Below the pieces are notes generated by a model that worked only from the letters and a program-made list of their open reading frames with translations, made no database searches and was not told where the DNA came from. Source: Podarcis muralis (Eukaryota). From it: DNA of 64,000 bases. The stretch is taken from NCBI RefSeq assembly GCF_964188315.1, contig NC_135663.1, forward strand, positions 124,001 through 188,000, read 5' to 3'. The translations under genes were made by a program, and so were the position numbers. This document shows positions 56,658-64,000 of this stretch, piece after piece (positions within the stretch are counted from its first letter, which is position 1; every line of letters begins with the position of its first letter).

Positions 56658-59600
56658 GGCAGCCCCTTTGCCCCGCCAGGGGGGCGTCACAGCCTCCTGC
56701 CCCGCATGACCGCAAGCCGTTCCCCAGAAAGCGTCGATTCGGCTGCCCCCTCGGTCGGGGCGCAAAGCATCTCTCCCGTGGGTCCTGCTGCCTGGGGCTC
56801 AGCCTCAGCGACTCCCAAGGGGGCAGCCGGTGCCTCATGGCTGGAGGAGGCCTGGCCTTTGCCCCCCAGCCGGCAGGAACCCCATGGCCTGCTCTCCCCC
56901 CTCCCCCCTCTCTAGGGTCCGTCCCTGGCCTCTGAGGGCCTCTCTCTGGGCCGGGAGAAGGGAGGGGGGAGAAGGGAGCCCATCCTGCTCACGGCTGCTG
57001 CTTCCGCTTCCCGAGGGTCGGTCACTTGTGGGGCCAGCAGGCACAGCGCCAGCCCATAGCCTCCCTGGGCAACGGACCTGCAGAGAGAAGAGAGGAGATG
57101 AATGGGTGGAAACCCGTTCCAGTTATAGTCCACACTACAACCAGGGCTAAGAAAAAGTAATACAGGAGTAATGAAAATAAGAGAAGTGTTGAGCTGCAAG
57201 AGACCCTCAAAGGACGTCCAGTCCAACCCCCTGCGATGCAATGCAGGAATCCCTGACTTGTCCTATAAACTGGCCTTAACGCAGAGCAGATGGGGAGTCA
57301 TAAGAAGCAGCCTTGCTAGCCCAGGCTCACATCAAGTGGCCCAGGAGCCGAGGAGAGAGGAGAGTCTGCAGCTGGGTGAGGCTACCAGAGTGGGGCCTCC
57401 TAGTCCAGCACCCTGTTCCCCTCTGGCCAACCAGATGCCCTCAAAGGGAAGCCCTGAGAGCAGCAGCCCTCTTCCACTCTTGTTCTCCACCTTTCTAAGA
57501 TAGACTGATGCTATCCATGGAGGCTCCACTTAGGAATCACAAGAACCTAAAGGGAGCTCTGTAGGAAGAAGCCCTTTAGGAAGAACCTAAAGGGAGCTCT
57601 GTAGCAGCTGGATCAGGCCACTAAAGGGGCTGACCATTAAAGAGCAGCTGTGGGGGTGGGGGGTTGCATCAGAGTAGGGCTGAGGGGGGAGGGCTTAACC
57701 CTTTCCTTTCCATTCACTTTTCTTCTGAAATAACTCCCCAAGCCTGTCACCCACCCATCCCACCCAAGGTCTGGTGAAACAGACATTTGTGGAGGACGAG
57801 AGGGCGATCGATTGAGGGCCACTAGCCAGGATGCCGTGCTCTGCCTCCACAGTCGGAATCCAGTGGCAGGAGGGGAGCGCTGCCATGTGCTCAGCTCCTG
57901 CCTGGGGGGTTCCCACAGGTCGGCCCCTGTGAGGACAGGATGCTGGACTCGATGGGCCCCCGGCCTGACCCAGCAGGCTCTTCTGGTGTTCTTAAAGCCC
58001 CTCCCAAACGTGCCCAGTTTCCTTCCGGAGGCTCCCACAACCCCCTCTGCCACGTGGCCACCCCCTAAAAACACCCCTCTCCTGTCCCTCTGCCACCTCC
58101 AGTCTCAGGCAGGATCACAAAACACAAAGCGACAAGCTCTGGTCTTTGGTGCTGCTGCTGCTGCCTCTGTTTGGAGAGAGAGGGGGGGGAGAGAGGGAGA
58201 GGGAAAGGGGGGGGGAGAGAAGGGGCCCTTCAGCGTAAACAGGCCAGGAACGCCAGCCAGGCAGAAGCCACAGCTAAGAATAGCAGCCTGGCCTTCATGG
58301 GGAGCAGGAAGAGGAGAGGAGGATGAGAAGCCGTCCCACACACCCACCGCCTGTGTCGGCCTCCAAGAGGAGCATCAGGGAGGGGACACCCCCAAAGAGC
58401 CTTTGCTGTGCCCCCTCAAACCGACCAGGGGATCCATCTCCCAGCCCAGAGGCAGGAGGCGGCCACAGCCTCTCTTTGCCACAGAGAGCATTCCCCGGCT
58501 GGCGTCCCTTTCCCCCCGCCACTCAGTTTCCCAGCTGACCTCCAAGTGGCTGTGCCGGGGGGGGGGGAGGCACCTTTGGGAACTGGGGGGAGAAAGCAAA
58601 AGGTAGCAAGCCTGTGAACATTTTACATGGTTGCCATTATTATCAATGGCTCAATGGTCCCAGGATATAGAATGACAGAAAGGTCATCCAGACCAGCCCC
58701 CCCCCCTTGCAGGAATCACAACTGATGCCATGATTCTGACAAATGTCCATCTGACCTCTGCTTAAAAACTGACAACAAAGGAAAGGAAGGTTACAGCCAC
58801 TTAAAAATGCAGTATTGAAAAGAGTTTAAGATGAATTACTGTGGGATCTAGGTATCTACCTTCAACAGAGAGCCAGTGGTTAGTGCTGGACTGGGACCTG
58901 GGAGAGACTAGGGTTTGAATCCCTCCTCAGCCAGGAAACTCCTTGGGGGATCTTAGGGGTCCGTCAATGCTCCTCTCAGCCTGACCTCCCTCACAGGGTT
59001 GTTGTGGGGATTAAATGAGGAAGGGAGAGCCATGCACCTGCCCTCCTGAGCTCCTTGTAGAAAAAGGTGGGGTGGAGATTCAATACAGAAATTAAACCCC
59101 AGGTGTCATCGAGGGCAGAGTAAATGGTGTGTCTTCAGCATGCAATGGAACCTGTCCCACAGGACTGTCAGGTGCCATGAAAACAGGATGGCGGACTCGA
59201 TGGCCGCTGGCCTGATCCAGCAGAGCTCTAAGAAGGCCTAAAGAAGGTGCCAGGAGCCCCCTCTGTAAGGTGGGAATTCCCAGAGAGCCAAAGGAGAGCC
59301 CTTTAGCCGGGGGGGGGGGGGAGCCCCCAAAGCCGTGCCCTGTGCACAACACTCTCCCTTCCTGCAGCCGACTTGGCAGAGAGGAGGGAGAAGGAAGGGC
59401 AGGAGGGGTGTCCCAGGCAGGCCAATGCCTCCTGGCAAGAGGGCCAGGCCAGAAGAGCCCCCTTCTGCCCAGCTGCAGTGCCTCCCCCCCCCCACTGTGC
59501 CATCACTTCTCCCCAGCAGGAAGGGAGTTGCCAGCTCAGCACAGCCGCCCAGACTTTCTCCCGCACTGCTAACAAGCAAAGTTTCCAACTGCTGAGCGAG

Positions 59601-60429
59601 CGAATCACTGGCCTTCCTCAGAGCACCCCAGGAGGAGGAGGAGGAGGAGGAGGGAGCCTGCCTGCCTGCCTGCCTGCTCCCCCCACCCATTTTGCTGCAG
59701 CAGAATTGAGGATTCTGGACCACCTGCCACCCAGGCAGACACCTGGGCAATTTCCTTCCTGTTCCTGGAGCTGTGCCCAGACCCAGACCTGACTGGAAGG
59801 GCCTCTCATTAGTATTGGCAACACCGGGCGAGGAGAGTGGCGGGGGGTGGGGTGGGGCGTGCGCCTGTGCGTGGCTTACAGCACACCAAAGCCCATGATC
59901 ACAAGCAGGACCCCTCCCTGAGGGCAGATGGGGGGAAAGAGCTGTCTCCTTCCTTGGGGGCTTTCAAGCGGAGGTTGGATGAGCATCTGCCATGGATGCC
60001 TTCGTCAAGATTCCTGCATTGCAGGGGGTGGGGCTGGATGACCCTCAGGGTCCCTTCCCACCAGCATGCTGGGACTCTATGAATGTTCTGCAGACCGAGA
60101 CAACCAGCCTGGAGCAGGCGGCTGGGGGCTGCAGGCCCTAAGAGGCAATGAGCAGAAGGAGAGAGAGCCAAGAGACACAGTGGCCAGGCTCTCCCACCCC
60201 TTGGAATGTCAGTGGCAGGAGATCATCCCAAGTGCGGCTGCTGCACTCAGATCCTGCCTGGGAGCATCTGGCTGGCCAATGTGGGAGCAGGACGCTGGCC
60301 GGAAGGGGCCACCTCTTGCCTGATCCAGCTCCAGAGCTCTCAGAATATTAGAACTGCAGAGCTGGAAGGGATCCCAAGGGTCATCTAGTCCAACCCCCTG
60401 CAATGCAGGAATCTCAGCTAAAGGATCCA

Positions 60430-60585
60430 GGACAGGTGCCTCTTCCAGGTAACAGCCTTTCAGGTATTTGAAGGTGGCTGCCTCATCTCCTCTCAGTCTC
60501 CTCTTTTCCAGGTGAAACATCCTCAGCTCCTTCAACCCTTCCTCATCAGGCTTGGTTTCCAGAGGCTTCGCCATCTTGGTCTGAA
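60430..60585 (-). mobile_element. CR1 ORF2 C-terminal fragment (another CR1 3' end with ATTCTATG tail at about 61030-61245, +)
   Basis: TKMAKPLETKPDEEGLKELRMFHLEKRRLRGD...FKYLKGC is the CR1 terminal motif. Confidence 0.8.
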
Positions 60586-61899
60586 GGGCAAGAGGCAAAA
60601 AGCCTCCCCACTTCTCCCCCCTTCCCCCCAGCCCACAAGCCTGGAAACGGAGACCCCAGAAATAATGGGTGCCCAGTGAGGCAGGTGGGAGCAGGGCCTC
60701 TACCTGCGAGTCCAGGGAAGGCAGGAAGGGGGGCTCCTCCACTCCCCCCCCCCCCCGCAGGGAGCAAAGGCACTCAGGGAAAGTGAGGCAGGGGCCACAA
60801 GAGGAGACTCCGGGGGGCCCTGGAGGCCAGAAGTACAGGAGAGGGGCAGGCGGGAGCCCAAGGAGAGCTTCCATTGCCCACGCCTCAAGTCTGGTTGGCT
60901 GTGCCCCACATAAAACTGAACCTCTAGGGTGGCCGCCCTGGAAGGGGGAGACCAAGCAGTGGCCAGCCAGACGGACTGGGGGCCTTGCTCCAATGTGAGG
61001 GCCCCCCCCCGGGGGAAAGAAGCCCCTCCTGCAGGAAAAGATATTCCAACTCAACATTGGGAAGAACTTTCTGCCAGTACAAACCGCTTGGCAGCGGAAC
61101 AGACTCTCTCAGAAGGTGGGGAGGCTTCTAGGCAGCCGCTTGGTGGTCACCTCAGGGATTCTTCAGCTGCGATTCCTGCATTGCAAGGGGGTTGGACTAG
61201 ATGACCCTTGCGGTCCCTTCCAACTCCACGATTCTATGATTCTAAGTCAAGGCTGCGCCAAGAGGGAGCACCAGCCAGCCCTGCCTCAGGCTCTCACCTG
61301 GCCCTCAGGGTCACACACACAAGCAGAGAAGCGCTCCGGAGCTCCCAGCCAGAGTCCAGAGGGCGGGGGGGGGGGTAGAGATCCAGGGTCCAAGCTGTAA
61401 AGAAGGAAGGAGTGGCAAGCCCAGAAGAAGGTGGTCCCTGGCTGCCGCCCCCTTCCAAGATCCCCTGAAGGGCAGCTGGGCACTTGCATGGCAGACGCAT
61501 TTCTTAGGGCAGCATGAAGCCTGGCGGGCTGGAGCCTGCTCCCCCAAAGCACATCCCACAATGAAGGGGCAGGTCTTTAAGCCTCTGCGTTGGTCCCTGC
61601 TGCCTTGGCCTGCTGGCAAGGGGCGGGGGGGAGGAGGAGACGGGGGTCAGACATGTCTTGGGGTCCCCCTCCAATAATCCCCAGAACCCCCCTTAAAACC
61701 CCGGCGGAGCCAGCACCCGGACCGCAGGACTTTTGGCTCCCTCCTAAACTTTAAGACACCGGATAAAACAATCGTCACCACCAGCCCCCCCCCCCCCGCC
61801 AAGGGAGTTGCGGACGTGAAAGCGGCGACTCTCCGAAGTTCCCTTAAACACCGCAGGCGCCGCGGAGCAAACTTTCCACCCCCAGGACAGATCACCCTC

Positions 61900-62950
61900 G
61901 GCGCCTTACTGTCTCTTTCAAAGGGTTTTTGGGGGGTGGAGGCAATCTAACCCCCCACAGGCGCCACAGACTGGCCCCCCACCCGCTTCCAAGGGCTTCC
62001 GCCGCCCCCCATTCCGCTTGCGCGCCCAGCCGCCGCGCCGCGACCCAGAAAGGCGTTGGTTCGCAGCATCCGCCCGGCCGAGGCAGCAGCCACGGCTCCG
62101 TAGCAGGGGGTGCGTGTGTGAGTAAGTGGAGTAGCCAAGCCGAGGCTTGGTCCACCTAGCTCAGCCTTCTCGACACGGGCTGGCAGCAGCGGCTCTCTTC
62201 CGGGGAAGCCAGGCCGGCGAAGCCATTCGCATGCGAGCCTTCTGCATGCCGAGCAGCTGCCCTGGCGCGGAAGAGGGGATGCCTCCCCCCCCCCCCCATG
62301 GCAGCCACAAAAAAGACCCCTTTTGCCAATCCCGCGCCCTCCCATCCGGATCCCCTCCGTCCCCGCTGCGCGCCCCTTGCCTGCCTGCCTGCTCGCTCTC
62401 CGGCGAGAGGGTCCTCCGGCCGCGAGGAGGACGAGCCGCCGCCGCCGCCGAAGCGCTCGGCCGAGAGAGGCGGAGCCGGGGCGGACTGGCGGGCGGGGGG
62501 CGTCGCGCCTTCCCGGGAGAGCGACCGGCGCTCCGCCGCCGCCGCCGCTGCCTCCTCCCTGGGCCCGGCCACGCGGCCACGTGCGCGACACCGAGAGGAG
62601 CCCCGGCAGCAGCTGCACGTCGTCGCGGGGATGCTCCACGGTTGGCCCTGGCTCGGGAGAAGACGCCTCCGAGCATGTGCAGAGGGCGTGGCGCCCCCCC
62701 CCCCCGGGCTTAGCCGGTGGGGCTTCCTGGCAGGATTGGCCCTCTTGGGGGGCTGGGGGTTGCTGCTGCTTCTGTTCCCCCACCCCGGCCGGATTTGGAC
62801 CCCACCCCCCGCCCTGGGGCTCACGGGCCTGAGCCGATGAAGCCCCCGCTGCCCCTCGGGGCTGCCTCGTTCCGAAGGTTGGAAGGCCCCTTTCCAGCCG
62901 AGGTCCCAACAAGGGCCGGGCCAGTGTGTGGCCTGGGGCAATCTCTAAGA
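61900..62950 (-). promoter_or_regulatory. CpG island, candidate promoter / non-coding first exon of the INSYN2-family gene
   Basis: CpG-dense block upstream of the gene on the minus strand, with a consensus donor (GTAAGG at 61910-61905) facing the acceptor at 57077. No recognisable protein in its ORFs. Confidence 0.45.
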
Positions 62951-64000
62951 TGATTCAGGGGCAGAGAAATCTGATTAAAGGAATGAAATAAAACAGACTC
63001 CTTTGTGAGCCAGAAGCAGAAATGTCTCCGGGGGAAAGCCCCCCCCCCCAATAGCAAAGACATGGGTGCCACTTGTCAGGGATTCCTTAGCTGCCATCCC
63101 TGCATTGCAGGGGGTTGGACTAGATGACCCTTTGAGTTCTCTTCCAACTCTACCCTTCTAAGATTCTGTGAAACTGAGACACTCATCATTCTGAAGGTCA
63201 ACGGAGCTGCTGGAAAGGGCCACAGTGACCCTGGAGCAAAGGACAGTGGAGTAGTCCGAGGCACAATTTGTGTGAATGAAGACAACAGCTCCGCTCTGGA
63301 GGCTGATGGGAACAGAAATTGAACATTCATCAGCCGCTTGGGCGGAGAGTGCTGCTTTTGGACCCAAACTATGCCGACTCCGCCCTGCAGGGCAAAGTGT
63401 GTGGCTGGTGGCCCTTCAAGGCTCCTGATTTCAAGTGGCAAGGAAGGCAAGTGGACAAAGTCCGGCCTGTGGACAAGGACTTTTTCCTCCTTAGGTGCAC
63501 AGAGGGAAGGGTGCAAAAACTGCCCAGCTGTGAAATCAGTCCATAATTAATTACACAGTAACATCAAAACATTCTTAATTAAAATACACAATAAAATAAG
63601 CAGATAAGAAGCGAAACAATTTAAATAGGTAAAAAAAAAACTGTTAAGACAACATAATCTCAAATTCAGTGTCTTCAGGAGTCGGGGCAATGCCCCTCCG
63701 ATCTCAAAGGGAGGGCATTCTGCAACACTGGTGCCACCCATGAAAAAGGCCACCTCCATGGTATCACAAGCAGATAATCACCAGGCCAGGCCCAGACTAA
63801 CTGGGTACCATTAATTTATTTTTATTTATAAATTTATATGCTGCCCTTCATCCTAGAATCATGGTGATTTACAATACAGAAACACAAAAATGCATAGCAT
63901 AGCAACAAACAAAAACAATTCCCCCTTATAGATAGTTTAGTTAGCCCAAGCCCTGGGAGGAGAGGAATGTGTTTGCCTGGTGCCTAAAGAGATGTAATGA

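Noticed and set aside
57541-57604. 24-bp direct repeat with a 16-nt spacer, superficially CRISPR-like
   Set aside because: Only two units, within a vertebrate SINE/LINE tail; a local duplication.
42625-64000. Expected DQX1 exons or DOCK host-gene exons
   Set aside because: No DEAH-helicase or DOCK peptide motifs were recognisable in any frame; the absence is reported as a finding, not a feature.

Overview
GC-rich, gene-dense vertebrate genomic DNA from a squamate reptile, probably a lacertid lizard (inferred from its SINE/LINE/Penelope repeat content). It is syntenic with human 2p13: 3' half of M1AP (+), DOK1 (-), LOXL3 (+), HTRA2 (-), AUP1 (+). I reconstructed all exons by hand from splice sites and checked the phases. 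Where human has DQX1 next to AUP1, this window instead has two intact, spliced genes that are not known from the human locus and are mostly hidden from the ORF track. (1) A 6-exon, 157-aa third member of the BNIP3/BNIP3L(NIX) mitophagy-receptor family (+, 45251-48134), with the LIR, the DMExILLxAQ region and the SHxxAxxxGxxxG transmembrane dimer motif, plus FOXO and E-box/HRE/CLEAR-like promoter motifs. (2) A 3-coding-exon, 482-aa third member of the INSYN2/FAM196 family (-, 51515-56657) that, unlike human INSYN2A/B, is not nested in a DOCK gene. Other highlights: two in-frame polybasic micro-exons inside LOXL3 SRCR2, a minimal hammerhead ribozyme in a Penelope-derived 70-bp inverted repeat with a target-site duplication, a GC-AG intron in M1AP, facing poly(A) signals of LOXL3/HTRA2, and a young L1 with one premature stop. 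Comparisons to human proteins and gene order are from recalled knowledge; no database search was run.
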